The notes: generated from the letters alone by a model not told the origin. A stretch of DNA of 61,762 nt, filler included, from Chiloscyllium plagiosum (GCF_004010195.1; 5 parts of 2 records of this genome joined end to end with filler, not necessarily neighbours in it); one strand, 5' to 3'; counted from the whole stretch's first letter, positions 24,110 to 37,972 are shown. Numbers and translations are program-made.

Positions 24110-25889
24110 TTATTGTCAGAGCCCACATTCTAGTTAACATAAATCCAAAATACAATATTGCCCACAATTTGACAATACATTTTCCCTAAATTTGAAACAT
24201 TGGGCACAATGGACATAGAAGAATCAGTTCTGGGAAGTCAAACAAGGTGAAACAAGAACTGCGTGTGTTAGATTAGGTCACGGTTCTTTGTTGAAACAGA
24301 GTACAGGCACCTTTATTGTGTGCTTTTCACTTACTCAATATGACTTGGCAGCACTAAATGTGGCCAATGTATACAAAATGTTCCATTCCTTTCTGCAATA
24401 TCAACATCCCTCACCCTGGCTCCAAATGACAATAGCCAAAAATATGTAAGAAGTTGTAAAACTGTTTGGAAGTAATGCCAGTTATTTAAGTGAATTCATT
24501 TACACCAGCGTTCAGTTCCTTTTAGAACAACATTGTTTTTGGAAAGCAAAAATACATTTGAAGACAAAAAATAAATTTTCCAATCAGAGCACCATGAGTA
24601 AAAACAATAATATCAATTAACTAACAGGTCTAAATAATCAGTGTATTTCTTAAAAGTTATTTGAATAGTTGTTTTGGGAAATTTGAATTACATAAGAAAA
24701 TCCCTGTGTTTGACATTTTCATTTCCTCTCCTTTTCAAATGTTCATCATTACAGCTTATGAATGTGAAAGGGACATTTTCCTGTTTCAATTTCAGAGGAA
24801 GTTCAGTATTCAAAAAGTTACAAGTCTGCAGTTATTTTAACAATTACTTTATTGAGTCATCAGGGTTTTCACTATGAATACAATTCAGCCAAACACATCA
24901 GAAGAGAATTTTGGCTCATCTAGATTTCTAAACAATGTAGTGCTTGTTTGCACGATAGCAAACCCATTTCATGGAGATCACAGCTCAGAGACACATTGTA
25001 GCAGTGTTGTAGCTCTGACTCTCAGTTTAATACAACTTCACGTTGGGAGTACAGAATGAATCAATTTATCATATAATAATTATAACACCCAGGACTTCAT
25101 GTTTACCTCTTCAGCAACAGTCTTATTTGTCTCTGCCCAATTAACTGCACTTTCCTGCAATGGATCAAAAGATCCAGTGGCATTGATGAGGACTTTTAAC
25201 ACTCTCATTCTCTACTTTTATGATCCATGTACAAAGATCCAGTGTATGGCATACCATGTGCAGGATTCTGTGATGGTATGATTAAATCTATCCATAACAG
25301 AAAAAAAAGTCACAATTTCTGATCCATGCAACTAAAGAAAACTATTAAACAGATTTTTTTTCATATGCCTTTAATGGACAGGAAATGCAGAAACTTGTTT
25401 GCATAAAAGTCATTGATAATTGTATTCATATTGTTCAAGGATTGAAATCTTATGTCCTTGGTTTTCTGAAATACACGCCAGGGGAATTCCACACAAAAAA
25501 AATCAGAGCTGCAATTTAATCCAATTTATTGTTCAGGGTATTCCAGGCATAAACTTGGACTGTTGATCCAGGTGGATATTTAATTATGCATAAAAGTTAT
25601 TGATGCTGTTCTGTCCCAATTGGAAATTTGCTGCAGGTACAATTGTTATGTATTTCCAAAACAAAATAAAGAATTACATCAGCAATATCATTATCCATAT
25701 CATTACAGAGCAGTGCCAAAAATCACAGCCAAATAGAATAAAGGGAGATGGGAAAATAGGGTTTAACAATCTTCATGGTCCTTAATCCAGCACAGATAAT
25801 ACCAATAAATGTAAAATATGGTCATGTCCTCCCAGTATGAGATAGGTCTGTCACATATCAAGCTTTGTGATGTCTGGAGATGTGAAATG

Positions 25890-27890
25890 ATGAAAAGCTG
25901 TCATGTTTAACTAATTTACTAGAATTCTTTGAGGACATTATGAGCGCAGAGTCAATGAGGACAACATGCGATGTACCTAGATTTCCAAAGGGTGTTCAAC
26001 AAAGTGCCGCACAAAAGGTTGCTGCATAAACTAAAGGTGCATGGCATTACAGGCAATGTATTACCATTGATAGAAGATTTGATTTCCTCTCTGCCTCAAC
26101 TCCACTTTCCTTCATAACACTTCAACCCTATATTAATTAAAAATCCTTAAATCTATTCAGTGTCCTGGTATCCACTGCACTCTCCACGATTGAATTCCAC
26201 AGATCCACCACCCTTTGAGTGAACTAATTTCTCCTCATCTGTGTTTTAAATTTTACCACCCCTTATCCTAAAATTATATCCTGATTTTAGATTGCCCTAC
26301 AAGGAAAAACATCATCTCTACATCTACTTTGTCAATCCCCTTTAGCAAGTTGTATAGCTCAGTTCAGCAGGTAATGCAGAAGGCAAATACAACCTTGTCT
26401 TTTATTTCAATAAGAATGCATAAAAATAGGGAGAAAACAAAAATAAAACTGCAGGTACTGGAAATCAGAAACAAAGACTGAAATTGCTTGAAAAACTCAC
26501 AGGTTTGGCAGCATCTGTGGAGAAAAAGCAAAATTAACATTTTGGGCCCTGTGACCCTTCTTCAAAACACGTAAAAATAGGTATGCTTTGCTAAAGTGTA
26601 CAAGGCACTGGTAAAGCTACTTGACAAAAAAAAAAGAAAGAATGGCAGATTCTGGAAATCTGAAACAAAAATTGAAATTGCTGGAAAATCTCAGCAGGTC
26701 TGGCAGCATCTGTGGAGAGAGAACTTGCAGGTAGTGGTGCTCCCATGTATCTGCTGCCCTTGTCATTCTAGAAGGATGTAGTTGTGTGTTTGAAACCAGT
26801 GATGTTTCACAAGGATCAGATCTGTTGTTTGTAATGTTTGTAATATTTGTAAATGATTTGGATGAAAATATATGTGGTCTGATTTGTAAGTTTGCAGATG
26901 ACAAGAAAATTGATTGAGTTGTGAAAAGTGAGGAAGGATGCCAAAGGATACAGCACACATAGATCAGTTAGAAAAGTGAGTGGAGAAATGGCAGATAGAG
27001 TTTAATCTGGACAAGTGTGAGGTGATGCATTTTGGGAGGTCAAATGCAAGTGGAAAGTATACAGCAAATGTCAGGATCCTTAGGAACATTGATATACTGA
27101 AAGATCTTGGGGTGCAAGTGCACAGCTCCCTGAAAGGGGCAACACAAGTGGCTAAGTAGGAGAACAACATTATTTATAGAATTATGGTCCAAATGCAGGA
27201 AAATGGGGCTAGTTTAGTTTGGGAAACCTGGTCGGCATAGCCAAGATGGACGAATGGGTCTATTTCCATGCTATATGACTTGATGCTTTTTTTTTGCTTT
27301 CTTTAACAGAAAGCAAATGGTGAGGATAAATAGGTATTTTTCTGGTTGGTGATAAGTAGCCAGCAGTGTACTTCAGGGATCAGTGTTGGGACCACCATTT
27401 TTTAGAATTTACCTAGATGATTTTAAGGACCAAAAGTAGTGTCTCAAAATTCATAGATGATGCTAAAATGAGTGGTAGAGCAAAATGCAGAGGACACTTA
27501 ATGCTTACAGAGAATTATAGATCAGTTAAGTGAGTAGGCAAAGGTCTAGCAGATGGAGTACAGTGATGTCAAATGCAAGGCCATCTATTTTGGTTGGAAT
27601 AACAGCAAATGGACTATTATCTAAATGGTGAAAAATTGCAGCATGCTACTGTGCAGAGAGACCTGGGTGTCCTTGTGCAAGAATCACAAAAAGTTGGTTT
27701 GCATGCGAGCAGGTAATTAAGAAGGCAAGTGGAATTTTGACCTTCCACCTAACCTGCGCGTCTTTGGACTATAGTAGGAAACCCACACAGACATTGGGAG
27801 AATGTGCAAAACCCACACACACAGTTGCCTGAGGGTGGAAAAGAATCCAGGTTCCTGCCACTGTGAGGCATCAATGTGACCTACCGCCCC
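25890..27890. mobile_element. Cluster of decayed CR1 RT fragments, pLTR-like fragments (26435-26570, 26640-26720) and a partial SINE (27745-27890)
   Basis: LDFQ..F.KVPH, KFADD and HFGR motifs with many stops; mixed orientation. Confidence 0.7.
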
Positions 27891-28225
27891 TCACTGCAAT
27901 TGGCTGTAATGGTCTGAAAGAACTGGAAAGAGGACTGTAGAATCTGATAGTATTTATGACGGCAGACTCAGAGTGTGGTAGGATTTGGAGTGGGATGTGG
28001 TATGGATGCACTAATGTGGGAAAATTCAGTAATGCAAGTTGACAGAAATGAATACACAGCAGGTAACTGATGAAGGAGGAAGTGTATTATTTCAAACGCA
28101 GAATCAACTAATGCAGCAGTAGGGATTGACAGGAATGTACCTTTATTTGTGATGCATGACACAGCACCCACAAAGGAGGTGGAACTGAGAAGGAAAGATA
28201 AAGGTAATAATTAGCTGAGATGAAA

Positions 28226-29387
28226 TCATAGAGTCATAGAGATGTACAGCATGGAAACAGACCCTTCGGTCCAACCTGTCCATGCCGACCAGATATCCCA
28301 ACCCAATCTAGTCCCACCTGCCAGCACCCGGCCCATATCCCTCCAAATCTTTCCTATTCATATACCCATCCAAATGCCTCTTAAATGTTGCAATTGTACC
28401 AGCCTCCACCACTTCCTCTGGCAGCTCATTCCATACACGTACCACCTCTGTATGAAAAAGTTGCCTCTTCGGTCTCTTTTATATCTTTCCCCTCTCATCC
28501 TAAACCTATGCACTCTAGTTCAGGACTCCCCGACCCAAGGGAAAAGACTTTGTCTATTTATCCTATCCATGCCCCTCATAATTTTGTAAACCTCTATAAG
28601 GTCACCCCTCAGCCTCCAACGATCCAGGGAAAACAGCCCCAGCCAGTTCAGCCTCTCCCTATAGCTCAAATCCTCGAACCTTGGCAACATCCTTGTAAAT
28701 CTTTTCTGAACCCTTTCAAGTTTCACAACATCTTTCCAATAGGAAGGAGATGCATGCAATATTCCAACAGTGGCCTAACCAATGTCCTGTACAGCCGCAA
28801 CATGACCTCCCAACTCCTGTACTCAATACTCTGACCAATAAAGGAAAGCATACCAAATGCCTTCATCACTATCCTATCTACCTGCGACTCCACTTTCAAG
28901 GAACTATGAACCTGCACTCCAAGGTCTCTTTGTTCAGCAACACTCCCTAGGACCTTACCTTAAGTGTACAAGTCCTGCTAAGATTTGCTTTCCCAAAATG
29001 CAGCACCTCTCATTTATTTGAATTAAACTCCATCTGCCACTTCTCAGCCCATTGGCCCATCTGGTTCAGATCCCGTTGTAATCTGAAGTAACCCTCTTCA
29101 CTGCCCACTACACCTCCAATTTTGGTGTCATCTCCAAACTTACTAAACATATCTCTTATGTTCACATCCAAATCATTTATGTAAATGATAAAAAGTAGAG
29201 GGCCCAGCACCGATCCTTGTGGCACTCCACTGGTCATAGGCCTCCAGTCTGAAAAACAACCCTCTACCACCACCTTTGAGCCAGTTCTGTATCCAAATGG
29301 CTAGTTCTCCCTGTATTCCATGAGATCTAACCTTGCTAATCAGTCTCCCATGGGGAACCTTGTCGAACGCCTTACTGAAGTCCATGT
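28226..29387 (-). mobile_element. CR1 LINE 3' part (same subfamily as 'B')
   Basis: MDFSKAFDKVPH, GVPQGSVLGPLLF, KFGDDTK; catagagtcataga tail. Confidence 0.93.
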
Positions 29388-29487
29388 NNNNNNNNNNNNN
29401 NNNNNNNNNNNNNNNNNNNNNNNNNNNNNNNTTAATTAATTAANNNNNNNNNNNNNNNNNNNNNNNNNNNNNNNNNNNNNNNNNNNN

Positions 29488-30815
29488 CCACGCATTCATC
29501 TGTTCTATCCTCCTATTCCTGCCCTCACTAGCTTGTAGCACTGGGAGTAATCCAGATATTACTATCCTTGAGGACCTCCTTTTTAAATTTCTGCCTAACT
29601 CTCTGTAGTCTCCCTTCAGAATCTCAACTTTTTCCCTTCCTATATCGTTGGCTCCAATGTGGACAGTGACCCTGCTGGCCCCTCTCCCCCGTGAGAACAT
29701 TCTGCACCCTCTCTGAGACAGTCTTGATCCTGGCACCAGGGAAACAACACACCATTCTGCTTTTTCTCTGCTGGCCACAGAAATGTCTGTCTGTACCTCT
29801 GACTACAGAATCCCCTAACACAATTGATCTCTTGGGAGCCGACGTACACCTCGTTGCATTAGAGCCAGTCTCAATACCAGAAACTTGGCTGTTCGTGCTA
29901 CGTTCCCCTGAGAATCCATCACCCCCTACATTTTCCAAAACAACATGCCTATTTGAAATGGGTATATCCACAAAAGACTCCTGCCCTAAGTGCCTTCCTC
30001 CCTCACCCTTCCTGGAGTTAACCCATCTATGTGACTTTATCTGAGACTTCCCCCCTTCCTATAACTGCCATCCATCACATACTGTTGCTGTTGCAAATTT
30101 CTCATCGCTTCTGTCTACATCTCCAACCGATCCACTCAATCTGATAAGATTCGCATCCAACAGCATTTATGGCGATATAATCCACAGTAACCCTTAAACT
30201 CTCTTTAAACTCCCACATCTGACAAGAAGTACATATCACTGCAAAGGCCATTTTTGCTCCTTCCCAATCTACAGACCTAGAAAATAACACCATCTTATTT
30301 CTCTACAAACACTGTACCAGGTTAAATTAATAGCTTTGGCTTATATTTTAAGTTTAATCTAGAGACTTATCTCCAAAAACATATAAGCAAGAAAGAACCC
30401 ACTGTACTCACTAATACAGCCTTTCTCTTGGACAGACTTAAAACAACAATTAACTTCTCTGATTCTGTGTTGTGAACTTCACCCAAACCCGTTCCTCCAA
30501 GATTAGTTGTGAAATTCACTGTTTGTTAATTTTCCCAGATGCACTCCGATGTCCAGCGACACATGAATATATCTCTCTCTTCCTCTCCTGCAATGTTCTC
30601 ACCATGTGCTTCCTTTGTCTTTTCTTCTCCCTTTTAAAACTGCTGTTGTTTTGACTTTTTTTTCTCCAAAACAATGTAACAGCATATAAAACAGTAATTG
30701 CTGCTCCGGAATTCAAGGAAATCACCTCCAGCACCTAAAATACCTCAAAAAAAGGAGCAGCTCTTACAGCCAGAAATTTTTCCCATCCTCCATCTTGGAT
30801 TACCCAGAATCCTCT
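29488..30815 (-). mobile_element. CR1 LINE 5'UTR + ORF1 (zinc finger/esterase), same subfamily as 'B'
   Basis: Close reverse-complement match to 12227-13110, extending about 450 bp further 5'; separated from its putative 3' part by a linker gap. Confidence 0.9.
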
Positions 30816-32940
30816 GTAAAGGAAGTTTAATAAAGCAGTGAAATTGGATAGATTTTAAGGAAAATCTAGAAGGTAACTGTAACAGGGAGTTCTATAAGTT
30901 AAATTCTTAATAGGCACAAAATGCATTTGTTAGTATTTCTGAATACGATGAAAATAAACCTACATAAACAGATATTGTTGGAGAAACTCAGCAAGAATCT
31001 TACATGGGCATCTACTCATGTGCCAGAAGCTTCTGACATTATTATGACATTACACAATCCAGGCAGCTGATGTAATGCTCAACTAGCAAAGCTGGAATAC
31101 ATAAGTCCGTTGCCCATCTTCACTTACGACTCATTAAGGCTGAGAATTCCAGCCTTCAGGTAAGGTAATTTAAAACAACTTAAGATAGTGCAATGTCTCT
31201 GGAAACACTCTGGAGTATTTTCAGAGGTTTCAGTAAGATTTTCAATTTGCGGGGAATGTTACTGCATCTTCATTTGGAAGGGCAGAAAATTTGTGGACTG
31301 CCCACATACCTTTGGATTTGCAGTGCAAGAGGGAGATAAAGCACGGTCTGTGGAAACTAAGCCCTGTATGATGCTTTCTGTCAAGTCTGAAAAATGAAAT
31401 TTTTTTAGAGAGTGCACTGGATATGCAGTGATGAGTGATGAAAATAGTTGTGGAGAGTTATAAAGTTTGAGGGCCTGTTTTATTCCACCCCCTCCCCCAA
31501 CACCCACCACTGGTGGGTTTGAATGTGGAGTGGATGGGGATATGAACCATCAAAGGTCTTTGACAGGAGGCTACCTGGCAGGTCAACTACTTGGGTACCG
31601 GAGACCACCTTTATCAAAATCCTCTGAAGCAGGACTCATCTGTGATCTAACCCTCCCAAGAACTGGTACACATACCATGCTTTTCCTCCTAATGTGATAT
31701 TGCCAAATGTATGTGCTGTCTATCCCCAACTCCATGAACATAGGAAAATCACAAATCATGAACTATATGCTCAAAAATTGGTATACACCAAGCTTTAGCT
31801 CAATATAGTTTAGATATTAATATGAAGTTACTTAGATATGAAGAAGGCAGATAGAATCCTAAAGTAATCAATTTACGTTTTAAACAAATTCAGTCAAATT
31901 TACTCTGGAACACGGGACATTATTCCATCATATAAACAACTGAGATTTTAAGGGGAAAAGAATAAAAAGTTACTTGCATTTTAAAAATATTTCATTAAAT
32001 GATAGGTTAATGATCTATCGAGTAATTGATTTAGTAAGTTTCTGTCTTATTGCGCTGAGGAAGGTGCAATATTGTATAGGTTGTCAAGGGGATCATGAAA
32101 ATAACATTAATAAAACTACAGCTCCCAGACTATTGTTAGCATTGCCACTGAAGAGCTCCCTGTAATTATTATCCTTTGTCTTACCGCTGGGATACTTGGT
32201 ATGTAATTTCAGCATACCAGATAATATGTTCCTGTCTTTAAACTTAAATTTTTTTTGTTTTCTTTTGTGCAAAATTATAATGCATTATGTATGAAAGAGA
32301 AAAGTAGGTTTTTAAAGTACTTCAAAAAGTGCTTCAGAAGTCTGCTTTTGAGTAGCAACAGTTATTGATTAATTGATTTATTGTTGTCACATGTACAGAG
32401 ATACAGTGAAAAGTGTTGTTTTGCAAGCTGTGCATAGATCGTACTATACAAATTCTTCAGGGTAGTGGAACAGAGTGCAGAATACAGTGTTACAGCTGCA
32501 GAGAGGTGCAGAAAGAGAGAGATCAGAATTAGCGTTTGATAGGTCTGTTCAAAAGTCTGATAACAGCAGGGAAGAAGGTGTTCTTGATTCTGTTCGTGTA
32601 TTCAAACTTTTTTATACCTTCTGCTTGACAGAAAAGGGTGAAAGATAGCACAGAATTATGCATCACAGAAAGAGGGTATTTATCCATCATTTCTATGGAA
32701 CAGCTACCTACTTATTCTGGATCTCTGGTGTTCATAAGAACTCAGGACCAGGAAGAAGTCATTTAGCACCTTAGGCTTGTTCCACCATTCAGTATGATCA
32801 TGGTTGATCCATGATTGAATTGTGTTTGCCCATGTCCCTGACTATGAGGAGAACGTGAGGACTGCAGATGCTGGAGATCAGAGCTGAAAGTGTGTTGCTG
32901 GAAAAGCGCAGCAGGTCAGGCAGCATCCAAGGAGCAGGAG

Positions 32941-32976
32941 AATCGACGTTTCGGGCATGAGCCCTTCTTCAGGAAT
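32941..32976 (-). ncRNA. Minimal hammerhead ribozyme motif in PLE pLTR
   Basis: attc-CTGAAGA-a-gggc-tcat-gccc-GAAACGTC-gatt; palindromic ACGT helix III. Confidence 0.75.
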
Positions 32977-35680
32977 GAGGAAAGTGTGCCAAGCAGGCTA
33001 AGATAAAAGGTAGGGAAGAGGTACTTGGGGGAGGGGCGTTGGAAATGCGATAGGTAGAAGGAGATTAAGGTGAGGGTGATAGGCCGGAGAGGGGGTGGGG
33101 GTGGAGAGGTCGAGAAGAAGATTGCAGGTCAAGAAGGCGGTGCTGAGTCTGAGGGTTGGGAGTGGGAGGGGGAGTTGAAGTGTTGAGCCACGGGGTGGTT
33201 GGGTTGGTTGGTCCGGGTGTCCCAGAGTTGTTCTCTGAACTGTTCCACAAGTAGGCAGCCTGTCTCTCCAATATAGAGGAGGCCACATTGGATGCAGCGG
33301 ATGCAGTAAATGATGTGTGTGGAAGTGCAGGTGAATTTGTGGCGGATCTGGAAGGATCCCTTGGGGCCTTGGAGGGAAGTAAGGGGGGAGGTATGGGTGC
33401 AAGTTTTGCATTTCTTACTGTTGCAGGGGAAGGTGCCGGGAGTGGAGGTTGAGTTGGTGGGGGGTGTGGACCTGACGAGGGAGTCACGGAGGGAGTGGTC
33501 TTTTCGGAACGCTGATAGGGGAGCGGAGGGAAATATATCCCTGGTGGTGGGGTCCGTTTGGAGGTGGCGGAAATGACGACGGATGATACGATGTATATGG
33601 AGATTGGTGGGGTCGTAGGTGAGGACCAGTGGGGATCTGTCCTGGTGGTGATTGGAGGGGCGGGGCTTAAGGGCGGAGGAGCGGGAAGTGGAGGAGATGC
33701 GGTGGAGAGCATCATTGATCATGTCTGGGGGGAAATTGCAGTCTTTGAAGAAGGAGGCCATCTGGGTTGTATGGTATTGGAACTGGTCCTCCTGGGAGCA
33801 GATGCAGTGGAGACGAAGGAATTGGGAATATGGGTTGGTGTTTTTACAGGGGGCAGGGTGGGAGGAGGTGTAGTCCAGGAGCTGTGGGAGTCAGTCGGTT
33901 TATAGTAAATGTCCGTGTTGATTCGGTCGTCCGAAATAGGAAGGGGAGGGAGGAGTCTGAGATGGTCCAGGTAAATTTGAGGTTGGGGTGGAAGGTGTTG
34001 GTAAAGTGGATGAACTGTTCAACATCCTCGTGGGAGCACGAGGCAGCGCCGATACAGTCTTAGATGTAGCGGAGGAAAAGGTGGGGTTGGTGCCAGTGTA
34101 GCTGCTTTCCCGGTAAAAACATAACCTCATCACCTCAGGGGATCTCCCATCCACCACCTTCAATCTCATAGTCCCACAACTCCGCACTGCGCATTTCTAC
34201 CCCCTGCCCAAAATCCTCAAACCTGACTGCCCCGGCTGACCTATTGTCTCAGCCTGCTCCTGCCCCACCGAACTCATCTCTGCATACCTCGACACGGTCC
34301 TGTCCCCCTTAGTCCAAGAACTCCCCACCTACGTTCGGGACACCACCCACGCCCTCCACCTCCTCCATGATTTTTGCTTCCCCGGTCCCCAACGCCTTAT
34401 CTTCACGATGGACATCCAGTCCCTGTATACCTCCATCCCCCATCACAAAGGATTGAAAGCCCTCCACTTCTTCCTTTCCCGCAGTACCAACCAGTACCCT
34501 TCTACTGACACCCTCCTTCGACTGACTGAACTGGCCCTCACCCTGAACAACTTCTCTTTCCAATCCTCCCACTTCCTCCAAACCAAAGGAGTAGCCTTGG
34601 GCACTTGCATGGGCCCCAGCTATGCCTGTCTCTTTGTAGGATATGTGGAACAGTCCATCTTCCGCAGCTACACTGGCACCAACCCCCAACTTTTCCTCTG
34701 CTACATCGATGACTGTATCAGCGCTGCCTTGTGCTCCCATGAGGAGGTTGAACAGTTCATCCACTTTACCAACACCTTCCACCCCNNNNNNNNNNNNNNN
34801 NNNNNNNNNNNNNNNNNNNNNNNNNNNNNNNNNNNNNNNNNNNNNNNNNNNNNNNNNNNNNNNNNNNNNNNNNNNNNNNNNNNNNNNNNNNNNNNNNNNN
34901 NNNNNNNNNNNNNNNNNNNNNNNNNNNNNNNNNNNNNNNNNNNNNNNNNNNNNNNNNNNNNNNNNNNNNNNNNNNNNNNNNNNNNNNNNNNNNNNNNNNN
35001 NNNNNNNNNNNNNNNNNNNNNNNNNNNNNNNNNNNNNNNNNNNNNNNNNNNNNNNNNNNNNNNNNNNNNNNNNNNNNNNNNNNNNNNNNNNNNNNNNNNN
35101 NNNNNNNNNNNNNNNNNNNNNNNNNNNNNNNNNNNNNNNNNNNNNNNNNNNNNNNNNNNNNNNNNNNNNNNNNNNNNNNNNNNNNNNNNNNNNNNNNNNN
35201 NNNNNNNNNNNNNNNNNNNNNNNNNNNNNNNNNNNNNNNNNNNNNNNNNNNNNNNNNNNNNNNNNNNNNNNNNNNNNNNNNNNNNNNNNNNNNNNNNNNN
35301 NNNNNNNNNNNNNNNNNNNNNNNNNNNNNNNNNNNNNNNNNNNNNNNNNNNNNNNNNNNNNNNNNNNNNNNNNNNNNNNNNNNNNNNNNNNNNNNNNNNN
35401 NNNNNNNNNNNNNNNNNNNNNNNNNNNNNNNNNNNNNNNNNNNNNNNCTCAGATTTCTCCAGTTTCCTCATTTCCCCTCCCCACACCTTGTCTCAGACCC
35501 AACCTTCGAACTCAGCACCACCTTCCTAACCTGCAATCTTCTTCCTGACCTCTCCGTCCCCACCCCCACTCTGGCCTATCACCATCACCTTAACCTCCTT
35601 CCACCTATCGCTTTCCAACACCCCTACCCCAAGTCCCTCCTCCCTACCTTTTATCTTAGCCTGCTTGGCACACTTTCCTC

Positions 35681-35716
35681 ATTCCTGAAGAAGGGCTCAT
35701 GCCCGAAACGTCGATT
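35681..35716 (+). ncRNA. Minimal hammerhead ribozyme motif in PLE pLTR
   Basis: CTGAAGA at 35685-35691, stem II gggc/gccc, GAAACGTC at 35705-35712; identical to 32941-32976. Confidence 0.75.
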
Positions 35717-36556
35717 CTCCTGCTCCTTGGATGCTGCCTGACCTACTGCGCTTTTCCAGCAACACATTTTCAGCTCATGTCCCTGACTATGCCTGGATAA
35801 CAAAAAAACTATCTGTCTCAGATTTAGAAGAAGGACAGGATAGGAAAGAGTTGCCAGAATTAGTCAGACAGACCCTGATGAGGGTTCCGGGGGTAGGGTG
35901 GGGAAGAGTGTTTGGTGAACATAGGGTGTCTATTGACATGGGCCAAATGATGTCTGATTTGGAGACTCCCAGGAAACTGTGAGAGTTTGCCATTGTAAAA
36001 TGCCAACAGCAGTGGTGGAAAGAGGTTTATCGGTGGCACAATTAGCCTCTGATTCGGAGTATCACGGGGTCTCACCTCTGTCCCTCTTGATTTTTTTGTA
36101 CTCAGTGGACCTATCACCCTGCATGACTGAACAGCTACTTGTAAACAAACTAAATAAATGCTTGAGTTACTCAACAGGTCTGGTATCCTGTATGGAAAGA
36201 AAGCAGAGTTAGCGTTTCAAGTCTAGTGATCCTTCTTCAGAATAGTTCTGAGGGGATCACTGTTTTTGAAACGTTAACTTGGATTTTTTTCCACAGATGC
36301 TACCAGACCTGCCAAATTTCTCATGCATTTCTGTTTTTGTTTCATATCTTCAGCATCCACAGTTCTCATTTAGATAAAACAAAATGCTTGCTGGACTTAC
36401 TTAAAAACAATAAGCTGCTGTTTAAAATATATGGTAGGTTCATCCTCATAACTCATTCATCCTAGTATACAAAGGCTGACTGAGATACACAAAGATGATG
36501 TCCGTTTGCATCTTATTTATGATATATCCTGCACAACATAGATTGTCTCAATAAAG

Positions 36557-37450
36557 TCATAGAGATGTACAGAATGGAAAACAGAACCTTAGGTCAAACT
36601 TGTCCATGCTGACCAGATAGCCTAATTCAATGTAGTCTCATTTGCCAGCATTTGGCCCATACCTCTCTAAACTATTCTCTACATATAGCCATCCAGATGC
36701 CATTTAAATATTGTAATTGTATTAGCCTCCACTATTCTCTGGCAGTCCATTCCATACACACCACCGTATGTATGAAAAAGTTGCCCCAAAGTCCCTTTTA
36801 AATCTTACCCCCTTCACCATAAACCTGTGCCTTCTAGTTTTGCTCTCCCCCAGGGAAAAGACCTTGGCTATTCACCCTATCCATCCCCCTCATGATTTTA
36901 TAAACCTCTGTAAGATCACCCCTCAGCTTCTAATACTCCAAAGAAGCTAGCCCCAGCTTATTCAGCCTCTCCCTATAGCTCAAAACCTCCAACCCCAGCA
37001 ACATCCTTGTAAATCTTTCCTGAACCCTTTAAAGTTTCACAACATCCTTCCTATTGCAGGGAGACCAGATTTGAACGCAATATTCCGAAAGTGGCCTAAC
37101 CAGTACCTTGTGCAATTGCAACATGACCTCCCAACTCCTTTACTCGATGCACTGACCAATAAAGGAAAAGATACCAAATATTTTACTAACCTAGCTACCT
37201 GGGACTCCACTTGCAAGGATCTATGAACCTGCACTCCAAGGTCTCTTTGTTCAGCAACACTCCCCAGGATCTTAACATTAAGTGTGTAATTGCTGCCCTC
37301 ATTTGCCTTTCCAAAATGCAGCATCTCACATTTATCTAAATTAAACTCCATCTGCCACTCCTTGGCCCATTGGCCCAAGGTCCCATTGTACTTTGAGGTA
37401 ACCTTCTTTGCTGTCCACTACACCTCTAATTTCGGTGTCATCTGCAAACT
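36557..37450 (-). mobile_element. CR1 LINE 3' fragment
   Basis: MGQWAKEWQMEFNLDKCE.LHFG..RDLGVQVH; catagag tail. Confidence 0.9.
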
Positions 37451-37972
37451 TATTAATGGTTGGAAATATTGACGCAACCAGTTACCACATGCACAGTGGA
37501 GGATTCCTTCACATTTCAGGTGACCATTGTTACATATCAACAGTGATGCTGTGTTGATTTGTGTCCATTTGATATTTTTCAAGACAATGTCTTGACCAAG
37601 GCTGGAAAAGAACATGGAGATGGAGGGGAGGGAAACCATTGGGTGGGAGAACAGGTTTGAGAGATGGGAGATGTATGCTCATAAATCAAAAGGCTAAGGC
37701 AGCATTGCAGGGTAAATATATTGTCACACAGAACAGGACAGGAAGGGATAGAAGAAACAGCATAAAACAACAGTGACAAACAGGGACAACAGGGAACAAA
37801 AGAGAATAAGGCAAAATTAATGGCTCTTTAATGAATGCACTTTATATTCAAAATTAATGAATTCTAATTAAAAATTAGAATTAACAAACTTACAGTACAT
37901 ATTGAGGTTAATGGGAATGAAGTTAAAAATCACACAACACCAGGTTATAGTCCAACAGGTTTAATTGGAAGC

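Larger units (their letters stand above)
32847..35775. mobile_element. Inverted (fold-back) Penelope-like element: RT + GIY-YIG + pLTR on both arms, 16-bp TSD
   Basis: TSD catgtccctgactatg at 32831-32846 and 35776-35791. Minus arm 32847-34105 (FTCTSTHIIYCIRC..CGLLYIGETG); plus arm 34120-35775 (RT, gap 34786-35447, pLTR). Confidence 0.93.
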
